Part shown: positions 40,600 through 50,286 of the stretch, piece after piece | Layout of the letters: each line of letters opens with the position of its first letter | Position numbering within the stretch: the first letter of the stretch is position 1 | Origin: a virus | Lineage: Duplodnaviria > Caudoviricetes | Reading direction: 5' to 3' (one strand) | DNA length: 64,000 bases | Virus record (IMG/VR): IMGVR_UViG_3300028833_000120 | Coordinates: 1-64,000 of that record | The notes under the pieces: generated by a model | The model's input: the letters and a program-made list of their open reading frames with translations, nothing else | Told to the model about the DNA's origin: nothing | Databases searched by the model: none | Position numbers and translations under genes: made by a program

Positions 40600-42319
40600 T
40601 AATCCAACCTTTTTGTGCCCATAGATTCATAAGTCTCTCGGCGTTCAAGATGGCGTGCTTACCTTGTTTCGTAACAGATTCAGCAATATTCTTGTTATAG
40701 AAATAAAAACCGGAGAATCCGAAAGCGCCATAGATACCGTTAATTACGACCTTTGTACCAAGCTGATAGTTGTTGTAGATGTCTGCCTGTGTAGTACAGA
40801 AAGTAAGAACAACATCCATTTGTTTACCAATCAAATCACCAAGGTCGTTCTTTTTCATATAGTCTTCTATCTCTTCTTGACTTGCACCATTGTGCATAAG
40901 GTCTTTCAAGTCATAGTAGCACTGTGTGTATTTGAACGATGTCTTCTTGTATGCCTTTCTTTTGAAATAAAGGTCTGTGATAATCTTCTTCAAATTACCG
41001 TCCTCTTTCTCATAGACTGCACCGGAAGCACATACAATATAACCCTTATCTCTCCACTGTTGTTTCAGTTCCTCATCATCTTCGGGAAGCATCTTGACAA
41101 GTGTTTCCGGACCGATATTGAACTGTCTCATCAAAGACGGATAAAGTGAGGCGTAGTCGTTACATGTGCAATACTTGTGAAGACCTGGAACAGGCTGCTT
41201 GACGAATGCCCCTTCATATTTCTCACCATCACCTTTCTTCTTTGGTTTCGGAGAAACTGCAAGGACACGACCTTGTTCAGCAAACTTCTGTCTTAAAAGA
41301 TTTTCAGGAATATATGTAGTAGAGAAACAATCCATTGCACGGATATGACCCAACCATGCAGTGGTGATACCACAAGTCAATGCATTACACTTCTCGTGGA
41401 TGAGTTTTACGAGACCACAGTCGATAGCGTTGTAATACACATACTTTTGAAAGTTATTATTGAACATATCATCGAGACTCTCACTGTGCTGTACTTTTTT
41501 GATACCACAGAGTTTCTCCCCGATATAGTCGAGTTTGTAATTCTCATTGGAGTTCCAAGTCCATTTCTTGTATGCTTTCAAATAGTCGATAAGACCGACG
41601 TGACATGGACGCTCAAACTGACCAGTCATTTTATGAGTAGGTGACGAAATGTTTATATTTATTTCAAGTTTTTTCGCCCTGTTTATGATATACCTCCAGT
41701 CATATTCCTCAAAGTTCCAACCGGTCATCATAGCCATATTCGGAACAAGTTTGTTCAAGAAGAAATACAACATGTCATATTCCGTATTAAAACAACGGAA
41801 AGCGAACTTGAACTTACGGTTTACTTGTGCAAAATGGTCGTCAATTTGCTTTTGAATATCCTCAATTTGTTTCCTGTTTAAGTTCTTGCCGGAAGAAAGA
41901 ACCATGATAGTATCGTTTGGACAACACACACCGATAACCGTTATCGGTTTATCTGCCTTTTCTGGGTCTGGTTTTCCCTCTTGCATCAAGTTCTCAATAT
42001 CGATAAAAAACATTTCAGGAAGATTATATGAGAATATCCTTTCCTTTACATCTTCCGGAAGATTGTCAACAATCTCATACATCCTATATCTATTCAAGAC
42101 ATGTTTTGGATTTGTGAGATTTAACTTGTGTTTCCACACCTTGTCTTTGTTCCAGTTTTTGACCGTTCCACCGGGTTCATCTTTTTTATCGATGGGTTCT
42201 GTGAGCCAAGTGTACCAATCCTTTTCTTGAATTGGAATCACATCGATGTGTGTCTTGTGGTCATCCCCCCAATAGGAGATTTCCAAATTTGTTCCGTTTT
42301 GTACTAAATCTAATAACAT
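40556..42319 (-). CDS. gp43: Family B DNA polymerase, N-terminal part (3'-5' exonuclease, motifs A and B)
   Basis: FIDIE, GWNFEEYD, YNAID, DYASLYPS and KVVINGIYG. Confidence 0.9.
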   Translation of the reverse strand: MLLDLVQNGTNLEISYWGDDHKTHIDVIPIQEKDWYTWLTEPIDKKDEPGGTVKNWNKDKVWKHKLNLTNPKHVLNRYRMYEIVDNLPEDVKERIFSYNLPEMFFIDIENLMQEGKPDPEKADKPITVIGVCCPNDTIMVLSSGKNLNRKQIEDIQKQIDDHFAQVNRKFKFAFRCFNTEYDMLYFFLNKLVPNMAMMTGWNFEEYDWRYIINRAKKLEININISSPTHKMTGQFERPCHVGLIDYLKAYKKWTWNSNENYKLDYIGEKLCGIKKVQHSESLDDMFNNNFQKYVYYNAIDCGLVKLIHEKCNALTCGITTAWLGHIRAMDCFSTTYIPENLLRQKFAEQGRVLAVSPKPKKKGDGEKYEGAFVKQPVPGLHKYCTCNDYASLYPSLMRQFNIGPETLVKMLPEDDEELKQQWRDKGYIVCASGAVYEKEDGNLKKIITDLYFKRKAYKKTSFKYTQCYYDLKDLMHNGASQEEIEDYMKKNDLGDLIGKQMDVVLTFCTTQADIYNNYQLGTKVVINGIYGAFGFSGFYFYNKNIAESVTKQGKHAILNAERLMNLWAQKGWIIDEKTHKKMGVYPR

Positions 42320-42338
42320 ATTACTTTTTATTTTTATG

Positions 42339-42358
42339 TGTCCGTTTAGAAGCGGACA
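42339..42358 (-). promoter_or_regulatory. Hairpin in the polymerase mRNA leader, candidate translational operator
   Basis: TGTCCG-CTTCTAAA-CGGACA, 19 nt before the ATG and downstream of the promoter at 42372-42384. Confidence 0.45.
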
Positions 42359-42450
42359 AGTTTAATCAATCTAAATATAACAAATGGTCGTATAAAAAAA
42401 TATTATTTTTTTTTTGTTATATTTAGACTATAAATAAGATAAAAAAATAT

Positions 42451-43059
42451 ATGTGCAATACATACGAAGACTGGTATGAAAAAGAATTTAACAAACATGA
42501 ATCATTACTAGATGAAGAAATTGTCCTAAAGAATCATAAACTTGTTGATGAAAATGGTGTCGATATTTCAAAAAAGAAAAGTTCCGAAAAAACAGTAGAG
42601 GAAAGAATAAAGACATCAAGGTCGTTAAAAATCAAATATAACAAATGGAACCAAGTAGACTTCACAGAAGACAACTACCAACAGGATAAGATAACAATAG
42701 ACAAAGACTATTCCGAACAAAAAATGTCATCCTTCGACGATGTGGAGTTTGAACAGAAGTTCCATGAGATAATCAAAAATTCAAAATATAAAGCGATACT
42801 ACTTGACGATGATTGTGAAAAGGTGGTCATCAATTATCAAATTATAAATGACATACTTCTATACATTTATGCACGTATGAAAAACGAATACACATTGTCA
42901 AGAATATTTGTAATGGTCTGTGAATATTGTGGAATTAACATACAGACAATGTGGAAAAGACTAAGTTCATACATACAAAAAACCATACTTGAAGAACTCT
43001 CGGAATATAGTCCATTGGCAAGTTTGGAATTAGATAAAGAAGAAAACCAATTATTTTAA
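42451..43059 (+). CDS. Hypothetical protein, possible gp33-like late-transcription coactivator
   Basis: C-terminal VCEYCGINIQTMWKRLSSYIQKTILEE helical pattern and terminal QLF; early promoter at 42412. Confidence 0.35.
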   Translation: MCNTYEDWYEKEFNKHESLLDEEIVLKNHKLVDENGVDISKKKSSEKTVEERIKTSRSLKIKYNKWNQVDFTEDNYQQDKITIDKDYSEQKMSSFDDVEFEQKFHEIIKNSKYKAILLDDDCEKVVINYQIINDILLYIYARMKNEYTLSRIFVMVCEYCGINIQTMWKRLSSYIQKTILEELSEYSPLASLELDKEENQLF

Positions 43060-43064
43060 AAACT

Positions 43065-43322
43065 ATGGAAGATATAAAATTTTTTTCAGTAACAGTAAAG
43101 TTGGAAGAAGAGACCGACATGGTAGACAAAGTCGGCAATCCAAAAATCAAAAAGTGGTCTGAAGACTATCTCGTAAGAGCAACGACATCACACGAAGCAA
43201 ACGAAATCGTCAAAAAAGAGATGGACGGTGTTACCGCCGAATGGAGAATCTCAAAAATTGCCGAAACAAAATTTCTTGCCGTACTTGATGTAAATGGAGA
43301 AGTTGAATGTGATATTCAATAA
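43065..43322 (+). CDS. DUF4494-like protein
   Basis: FFSVTVK...KK.SE.YLVRA.T..EA...I.ET pattern typical of Bacteroidota DUF4494. Confidence 0.6.
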   Translation: MEDIKFFSVTVKLEEETDMVDKVGNPKIKKWSEDYLVRATTSHEANEIVKKEMDGVTAEWRISKIAETKFLAVLDVNGEVECDIQ

Positions 43323-43396
43323 CAAAAAGACCGTGAATCGTCACGGTCTTTTTTATTTTAATTCATAAATATAAATAGAATAAATCACTATCAATT

Positions 43397-43888
43397 ATGA
43401 ATAACCTAAAAGATTATGAAGAATATATAAATGAGGCAAAATCTGTGAGAGAGATTGTGAGAGACCTTGCCCGCCGTTTGTCTTTTGACAAGGACGTTAT
43501 TAAATTCTTGAACACGTCGAGAGCAAAAAGAACGATGGGTTGGAGAGAGCTTCTTCAAAGTAAACTACACGGTAACAATCTTGATTACATAAACTATATC
43601 ACAAAAAATATGGTCGCCGACTATAACCCACAGATTACCGGTTATATAAATGTAAGAGACGAAGAGGAAGGGGATTTCGATGAAGAGGAAGAAGAAAAGA
43701 ACAAAGAAAGAAAAGGTGTCTTGGGTGATGATTTAGACGACATAGAAAGTAGGGTCGAAGATATTGAATATGTGTTAGGAATAGACCCAGACGACAGAGA
43801 TACCATTGAATATGCAAAAGACACACTAGGTTTAAATACCGATGACAGTGACAGTGACGATGACGAAAACATCGTTGAGGAGGAATAA
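43397..43888 (+). CDS. Putative internal protein with acidic tail
   Basis: MNNLKDYEEYINEA; CATAAATA at 43364. Confidence 0.65.
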   Translation: MNNLKDYEEYINEAKSVREIVRDLARRLSFDKDVIKFLNTSRAKRTMGWRELLQSKLHGNNLDYINYITKNMVADYNPQITGYINVRDEEEGDFDEEEEEKNKERKGVLGDDLDDIESRVEDIEYVLGIDPDDRDTIEYAKDTLGLNTDDSDSDDDENIVEEE

Positions 43889-43890
43889 CA

Positions 43891-44808
43891 ATGAACGAAT
43901 ACAATAACAAATACAACAAAGATGACGTATTTATCAGAAATATGATAGTATGTTTCCTTGCTGAATTAAACAAAAAGATTTATTATTATAACAGAGTTGA
44001 CAACAACACGTTGAATAAAATAAATGTTCCGTGTATGTATTCCATCACCGGACAGGAGAAATTTTTAAAAGATGAATTTTTTTATGACCCAATAAATATG
44101 GGAATGGCTATTGGTGATTATGAAAAAGTTCCACGTGTTATTGTAAATCTATCCGGACTCAATATCAATACGGCTGAACAGACAAACAAATATAACCATA
44201 CGAAAATTGTACGTGAGTCGAATGGAAAGATGAGAACATGTTATTTGAACGTGGAATGGATTCCTGTTCAGCTTTCATTCGACTGCAATCTTGTTTGTTC
44301 AAACAACATAGAGTTATTTAAGATAACCGAATGTATCATTTCAAAAATTTACAAAAATCCAAATTACTTCAAAGTTGATTTAGGGATGTGCAATGTCGAT
44401 GGTGCATTTGAGGTACAAGAGAATTATTCAAACGAAATCCCAACGGAATTCGGTCTTAATGAAAAAAAAGAGTTCCGAATGAATTTCTCAATGGAAATGA
44501 AAAGTTTCATACCGGCGTTTGAACACGGACTTCTTCTTTGTGAGATTGACGAAATGCTCTCAAAGATACCGAAAGAAAACAATGGTATTGTCATGTTTCG
44601 TGCTGATGACTATGGAAACATGGGAATGAGAACAGGTGGTGTATTGGAAACTTTCCGTGTGTCTGAATATGCTTACAGAATAGAACCACCAGAATTATTG
44701 TCCAACACACATAAAGTTCCAATGCAAGCCTTTACCAAAGAAGAATTGGAACAAAAAGATATAAAAGAAGATTTAGTTGTCCGTTTTTACTATTCTCCAG
44801 ATAAGTAA
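43891..44808 (+). CDS. Tail terminator / sheath stabiliser (gp15-like)
   Basis: IRNMIV.F...INVP..Y...EKF...VPR...IPVQLSF pattern. Confidence 0.6.
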   Translation: MNEYNNKYNKDDVFIRNMIVCFLAELNKKIYYYNRVDNNTLNKINVPCMYSITGQEKFLKDEFFYDPINMGMAIGDYEKVPRVIVNLSGLNINTAEQTNKYNHTKIVRESNGKMRTCYLNVEWIPVQLSFDCNLVCSNNIELFKITECIISKIYKNPNYFKVDLGMCNVDGAFEVQENYSNEIPTEFGLNEKKEFRMNFSMEMKSFIPAFEHGLLLCEIDEMLSKIPKENNGIVMFRADDYGNMGMRTGGVLETFRVSEYAYRIEPPELLSNTHKVPMQAFTKEELEQKDIKEDLVVRFYYSPDK

Positions 44809-44849
44809 AATCCACATAAATACTATTATAACACATAAAAAGAAAGATA

Positions 44850-46607
44850 ATGTTAACTCTACAAAATATCTTGAACACAGAAGGTCAAGAATTTATAAAC
44901 AATCTTTTAAATAAGGAAGTTGTAGTTATCGAGAAATTAAATGCTGCAACATTATCGTTTAAAAAGAAACAATCGTCCGATATGGACTTGAATAGAAAAC
45001 TCACATTCTATAAAGGTTCCGGTTCAAACAAAAAAGAGATAACCATTGCCGACAAAGTGATGACTACGTTCTATGCAAACGGGATGACTTACTTAAGTAA
45101 TATGAGTAAACTAATCATAGACAGAATACCGGCGAACTGGACATTTGTATGTAGATATTTTCCAAACCATCAACCAAGTTTCATCAATTATTCAGTACTA
45201 CCGAAAAACAACTTGGTTCTTTCGTGCATTATAACAAACGGAGGTACCAAGATTGACGACGTTGACGATTTAAGAAGTTGGGCAGAAATGTTTGATATTG
45301 CATATCAAGAACCTGTTTTTAAAGGATTTCTTTCTGAGTATCAGAAAGAAAGATTGACAGACTATATTAAAGACGGTTCAAACAACAAAGACTCTTTTGC
45401 AAGATTTGTAATCACTTTGTTGAACCCAAGTCTAACACATTCCATCTATCAAGATGATGGATTTGAATCGCCAATTGACGGGTTTATTTTCAAATTCATA
45501 TCAGATGATGGAATAACAAAACCAATCTCGGCCAAACTCATAGACCCATATATGTCAGGACTCATCGCCAAAAACAAGGCTAAAAAAGGATTTAATGACA
45601 ACAAAGATGTTCTTTTATCCGATTTCACCATTTTTATGATGGGTCAAGATTTAAATTCAATCATACTCACAAGCAATTCAAATGAAGACAGGTATCTAGA
45701 ACTTTTCTATACATTGTTCAACAGATACATTAAGTATAAGAAAGCACAACTCGAAGACTTCGATATTGATACAAACGATGTTGTCAAAGAGAGTATTGAA
45801 ATAGATTTTTCAGTAGATTTAGATAAAATCTCAAATGAGACAACAAAAAAACTCTTGACTGAAAATCCAGAATATCGTAATATATTCAAAACACTTCTTG
45901 GAAGTTTCCGTACAAAGAAACCCGAGGATTACAAGTCTCTCGTAATGGCGCCAAATGTTGTCAGAATGTTTAATAGCATGGTTGATAGTATTTCGGAAAA
46001 ATCCAAAGTCGGTCATAAGAGTAAAAACATGACATTTTCAGATTATCTATCTGCAATCAGACCAAAAGATATCAACACATTGGATATAAACAACGCTCCC
46101 GATGAAGTAAAGGATGAGATGGGAATTTCAGAACCAGAACCACAGAGGGAACCTTTGTCATTTGCAGACTTCAAGAAAAAAGACGAGAAAGAAGAAAAAA
46201 AAGAAAAAACCGATAAAAGGTTGATGAATATAGAAGATATGATTAAACAACTTAAAGATTCGGTGAAAGATATCACAGACGATGTGAAAAAGACAAGAAA
46301 TGAGGAAGAGAAACAGTCAGAAGATATTGAAAATTTAAAGAATAAAGAAGAAAAAGAAGAAACCGACACAGAAAAAAAGGACGAAAAAGACGAAAAAAAA
46401 TCAGATAATCATCCATCTAATGACAACCATGAATCAAAGTCAGATGAAAAAAATGATGATAATGGTTCTAAAGACGACGACGGTTCTGAATCTGAAGACG
46501 ACGAACCAAAAGACGAAAACAAGGACGACGAGTCAAAAGAAAAGGACAAAAAGGATGATTCTTCAAAAAAAGATGATAAAAATGTTTCCCAATTCGGTGG
46601 TTTCTAA
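44850..46607 (+). CDS. Nucleotidyltransferase/ligase-fold protein with acidic C-terminal tail
   Basis: VVIEKLNA (motif I-like), DGFIFK (IV-like) and AKLID (V-like); late promoter at 44815. Confidence 0.45.
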   Translation: MLTLQNILNTEGQEFINNLLNKEVVVIEKLNAATLSFKKKQSSDMDLNRKLTFYKGSGSNKKEITIADKVMTTFYANGMTYLSNMSKLIIDRIPANWTFVCRYFPNHQPSFINYSVLPKNNLVLSCIITNGGTKIDDVDDLRSWAEMFDIAYQEPVFKGFLSEYQKERLTDYIKDGSNNKDSFARFVITLLNPSLTHSIYQDDGFESPIDGFIFKFISDDGITKPISAKLIDPYMSGLIAKNKAKKGFNDNKDVLLSDFTIFMMGQDLNSIILTSNSNEDRYLELFYTLFNRYIKYKKAQLEDFDIDTNDVVKESIEIDFSVDLDKISNETTKKLLTENPEYRNIFKTLLGSFRTKKPEDYKSLVMAPNVVRMFNSMVDSISEKSKVGHKSKNMTFSDYLSAIRPKDINTLDINNAPDEVKDEMGISEPEPQREPLSFADFKKKDEKEEKKEKTDKRLMNIEDMIKQLKDSVKDITDDVKKTRNEEEKQSEDIENLKNKEEKEETDTEKKDEKDEKKSDNHPSNDNHESKSDEKNDDNGSKDDDGSESEDDEPKDENKDDESKEKDKKDDSSKKDDKNVSQFGGF

Positions 46608-46640
46608 TTTTTCATAAATATATTAAAGTAAATTTATAAA

Positions 46641-48236
46641 ATGGATAATTTAAACAAAAACATGCTCAATTTGATTGCAAGTTTCAAGAAAACAGGTCAA
46701 TCAGATGAAGTTATTAAACAAAGTTTATGGCAGATGGGTATGATTCCAGAATTGATAGATTCCCACATCGACTATTACAATTCACATCAATCAGATGTCT
46801 ATAAACCTTATGTTGGTCCGATAGTAAAAGAAAATAATAACAATATGGAATTGACGTTAGAAAATTTGTACAAAAGTACACTTAAAGCAATAGACGCTTT
46901 AAAAGAAATGAGGAACGATGACAAGTTCGGTTTCTCGGCAGCTACAGCACAATCCATCATTGAGCACAATCTTTCAAAACTAAATATCTCAAACGATAAC
47001 GAGGTTATTCTTAAAGAATGTATCAAAGAAGGAAAAGAGATTGAAGATACACTTGTAAATCCAATCTTAAAATATTCTGTAGCAGAGAATATGTTCTATG
47101 ATTTGACACAATATGACTGGATTATGCCCGTCTCAGACCTCCGTAAGTCTCTATTCGAGACATTCAGTGGTGACAAATGGGGTTATGTTACAGCAAAATT
47201 TGCAAAGAAAATTGCAAAGGATACAAGTAATAAAGCATTTGAAAATCTGTATGATTCACTCATTGACACTTTGATTGATGAAGATAACAAGAGACTCGCC
47301 CTTAAAAATGTCTTGATGGAAAACACTTGGAATAGTGATGCAAAGGGAATCCTTAAGTCAATCATTGCAGAAGAAAAAGAAGAACAAGGTCAAATCGACA
47401 CAAGAATTTATGAAAACAACAATTGTTCCATCCGTAAGAATATTTCTCCTTGTATTGTTGATGGTGAAAACAAAGTGTTCTTCTTGAATGGTAAGAACTA
47501 TATATTCAATGGAAAAGAACTCAAAGAAGCGAAGGTTACTGACAGAAGATACCTTAACGTACTTGAGGGTCTTTCTTTGATGAAATATGAAGAAGACAAG
47601 AATCGTTTTGTATACTATGGAAAGAACAATATGCTTCTCGAATATAGTTGTGATACAGACAAATTCAATCTTACTGGTGTAGATAATTTCTCAGACATGA
47701 GTCTTATTGACATGAACGAAACTTTGAAGAGATGTGGTATCTTTGACCGTGAGACAATCCAAATTTGTGAGAAACTTATCAAATTCTACGAAAGTAAAGA
47801 CCTTCTCACAGAAATCGACACTATCACCACAATCAGTAGAAATGATGTCGCCGGTGTTATGGTCAGTATCATCAATGTTGAGGAAGGAATTATTGTTAAC
47901 AAAGTAAATCTCCCATTCAACTATAACGAATTAGTTTCTTGCAAAACTGCAACAGAGGCTTGCAATATTATTAAGGAGTTCATCAAATACGATGCAACAT
48001 CTATCCTTGAAGAGCAATTGAAGAAAGAGGGTGAAGAAAAAGCAATCATTGAGTCAAAAAGAAACGAGATTAAAGATACTCTTGCATTTTTGACAGAAAA
48101 GAGAGCAGAACTCATCAGTGCAATCCAAGAAACTAACAACAATGAGCAACTCAAAGAAGCATTGAAACTTGTCGAAGGTGAGATTCGTAAATTTGAAAAA
48201 GAACTTCAAGAATCTTACAACGAAAAAAAAAATTAA
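46641..48236 (+). CDS. Late structural protein, possible prohead core/scaffold component
   Basis: CATAAATA at 46613; coiled-coil C-terminus; ends in an A10 run. Confidence 0.5.
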   Translation: MDNLNKNMLNLIASFKKTGQSDEVIKQSLWQMGMIPELIDSHIDYYNSHQSDVYKPYVGPIVKENNNNMELTLENLYKSTLKAIDALKEMRNDDKFGFSAATAQSIIEHNLSKLNISNDNEVILKECIKEGKEIEDTLVNPILKYSVAENMFYDLTQYDWIMPVSDLRKSLFETFSGDKWGYVTAKFAKKIAKDTSNKAFENLYDSLIDTLIDEDNKRLALKNVLMENTWNSDAKGILKSIIAEEKEEQGQIDTRIYENNNCSIRKNISPCIVDGENKVFFLNGKNYIFNGKELKEAKVTDRRYLNVLEGLSLMKYEEDKNRFVYYGKNNMLLEYSCDTDKFNLTGVDNFSDMSLIDMNETLKRCGIFDRETIQICEKLIKFYESKDLLTEIDTITTISRNDVAGVMVSIINVEEGIIVNKVNLPFNYNELVSCKTATEACNIIKEFIKYDATSILEEQLKKEGEEKAIIESKRNEIKDTLAFLTEKRAELISAIQETNNNEQLKEALKLVEGEIRKFEKELQESYNEKKN

Positions 48237-48484
48237 GTGAATCGTTCATAGATGAACCTTCAGACCCAAGTCAATTGGACTTTAACAAAAAGAAAATGTT
48301 AAAGAACGGATATATGGAAATGATTGTAAAGATTCCAGTTGATGGACTCAAAGAAGGTGATGTGGTATTTGCCTTGACAAATGAATTTGGACAAATAGGT
48401 GATGACGCTTCAATTGAAGTGTGGAAAAACGAGAAAGACGAAAAAGGTATTATAATACCGGTCAAAAATCTCGAGATAAAATAA
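48233..48484 (+). CDS. -1 frame extension of 46641 (or a small independent ORF)
   Basis: Open from TTA at 48233 (LSESFIDEP...) in frame with ORF 48275..48484. Confidence 0.55.
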   Translation, partial: LSESFIDEPSDPSQLDFNKKKMLKNGYMEMIVKIPVDGLKEGDVVFALTNEFGQIGDDASIEVWKNEKDEKGIIIPVKNLEIK

Positions 48485-48550
48485 TAAAAACTGGGAATTA
48501 TTTTTAATTCCCAGTTTTGTTATATTTATATATATAATAAAATTTAGTCT

Positions 48551-48931
48551 ATGGGTAAGTCTAACACTAAGAAGTACTACCTGGACAACGATGAGCTAAA
48601 AACAGAAATTCTAAAATGTAAAGACAGTAAGGTTGCAAGTGAAAAATTAGGACAAATGTTCTTTAAAATAGTTGAGAATGTTTCTAGAAGTTTCTATTGG
48701 GAGAATAAAGACGATGGTGATGACTGTAAAGCAAACGCCTTGTTTGATTTATGCAAAAACTTCTGGAAATATGAACCGGAAAACGGAAATGCATTTGCTT
48801 TCTGCACACAAATAGCTTACTTCGGAATAGCAGGCGGGAAAAGGATTCTATACCCCAAAAAGTATGAAGGTACAGTTTCACTAACTTGTATCGATGATGA
48901 CGGTAACAATTTTGAAATGTACAACATTTAA
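48551..48931 (+). CDS. gp55: Late-transcription sigma factor (T4 gp55-like)
   Basis: YYLDNDEL...LGQMFFKI...NAFAFCTQI matches the gp55 pattern YVNN.../IG...KI/NPFAYFTQI; early promoter at 48515. Confidence 0.8.
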   Translation: MGKSNTKKYYLDNDELKTEILKCKDSKVASEKLGQMFFKIVENVSRSFYWENKDDGDDCKANALFDLCKNFWKYEPENGNAFAFCTQIAYFGIAGGKRILYPKKYEGTVSLTCIDDDGNNFEMYNI

Positions 48932-48995
48932 AGAGACAACAAAGTTGTCTCTTTTTTTTTTATAACCATAAATACAATATATATTATATTTTATT

Positions 48996-50285
48996 ATGGG
49001 TAACAATTTGTTTCAAAACGACAACATAGTAGGAAATTCATTAATCGGTTTCGAATTTAAAGCCATTTTCGATATGGACGACAATTCATTAATTGAAAAA
49101 TTAAAAAATGTTCTAAATAGGGAAATCTCGTTTTCAAATATAGAATACAAGTTACTTGAACCAACTAATAGTACGGCTATCTTAATGAAAGACGGACAAT
49201 ATTCTATTATAAAAACCGCCCTCTATAATTATTATGAGGCGGTTTATGTAATGCCTAAGATTTTAGAACTTCTTAAAGAAATAAAAGAAGTAAGAAACAC
49301 ATACATACATTTCGATATTGGTTTCAATGAAGATTTCTGTGAAGTAAAAAATTTAAATATTGTTAAATTTATTTTGGAATTAAATGAAGACAGTATTTTA
49401 AAAAATATCGGTGATGTTACACAAAATGGTGAATTTAAGAAACTTACAGACATTAAACCAACTTCATACAATGATTGTACAGATAAAGTTCAAAAACAGA
49501 TAGAATCTCTCAAACAACTTGATGAAGATGATTCAATCTACGGAATAGACTTTTCAAAAGTAAATACCGGTATCATAATATTTAAATATGCTGAGAATAT
49601 AGATTACAGAAACAAATGGGAAGGTATTCTGAAATCATTAAACCATACAATATCCACACTATATAATTCTACAAAATACAACGAACTCACAGATGAGCAA
49701 GTAAAAAAGATAGACGATTGGAATGAGCAGTACGATGAGTATGAAAAATCATTCAGATGTTTTGAACTTTTCAACGAAAGATTCAAATCAATAAAAATAA
49801 CGGTAGATTTGAACGACGATAAATCTGTTATTGATGTGATATTTCCATCAATAAAGGAAAAATTATTCGACATAGTTATCTGCAACAACATCCGTACAGC
49901 AGAAATAAACTACGATTCGGATGTATCCAAATTACAAGTTAAAGATATAACTCTAAAAGGTTGTTACCATTTAAAAGATGTAGATATAGTTGATAGTGAG
50001 ATACAAAATTCAAACATCAGAAAATGTGACATCTATGATACAAAGATTACAAATAGCAATATCATAGAATGTAACTTATTCGGATATGCAAACTGCAAAG
50101 ACTCAAAATTCAAAAATTGTTTTATCAGTAGAAACATAGAATTAAAAGATTGTGAAGTTACTGGTAAACTAGGAAAATTTGGTGGTACGATGAAAGGAGG
50201 TACCTTGAAAAACACAACGGTTTTGGTAGATAGTGCAGACATACACGATGATGTTGAAAAAATAAATGTAAACGAGATAATGTAA
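48996..50285 (+). CDS. Amidoligase-like (possibly degenerate) domain plus C-terminal beta-helix
   Basis: IGFEF and IHFDIG; pentapeptide-like repeats near the C-terminus; late promoter at 48967. Confidence 0.4.
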   Translation: MGNNLFQNDNIVGNSLIGFEFKAIFDMDDNSLIEKLKNVLNREISFSNIEYKLLEPTNSTAILMKDGQYSIIKTALYNYYEAVYVMPKILELLKEIKEVRNTYIHFDIGFNEDFCEVKNLNIVKFILELNEDSILKNIGDVTQNGEFKKLTDIKPTSYNDCTDKVQKQIESLKQLDEDDSIYGIDFSKVNTGIIIFKYAENIDYRNKWEGILKSLNHTISTLYNSTKYNELTDEQVKKIDDWNEQYDEYEKSFRCFELFNERFKSIKITVDLNDDKSVIDVIFPSIKEKLFDIVICNNIRTAEINYDSDVSKLQVKDITLKGCYHLKDVDIVDSEIQNSNIRKCDIYDTKITNSNIIECNLFGYANCKDSKFKNCFISRNIELKDCEVTGKLGKFGGTMKGGTLKNTTVLVDSADIHDDVEKINVNEIM

Positions 50286-50286
50286 T

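Noticed and set aside
40500-40620. Intron or intein splitting the polymerase
   Set aside because: The two frames overlap with no intervening sequence and no intein motifs
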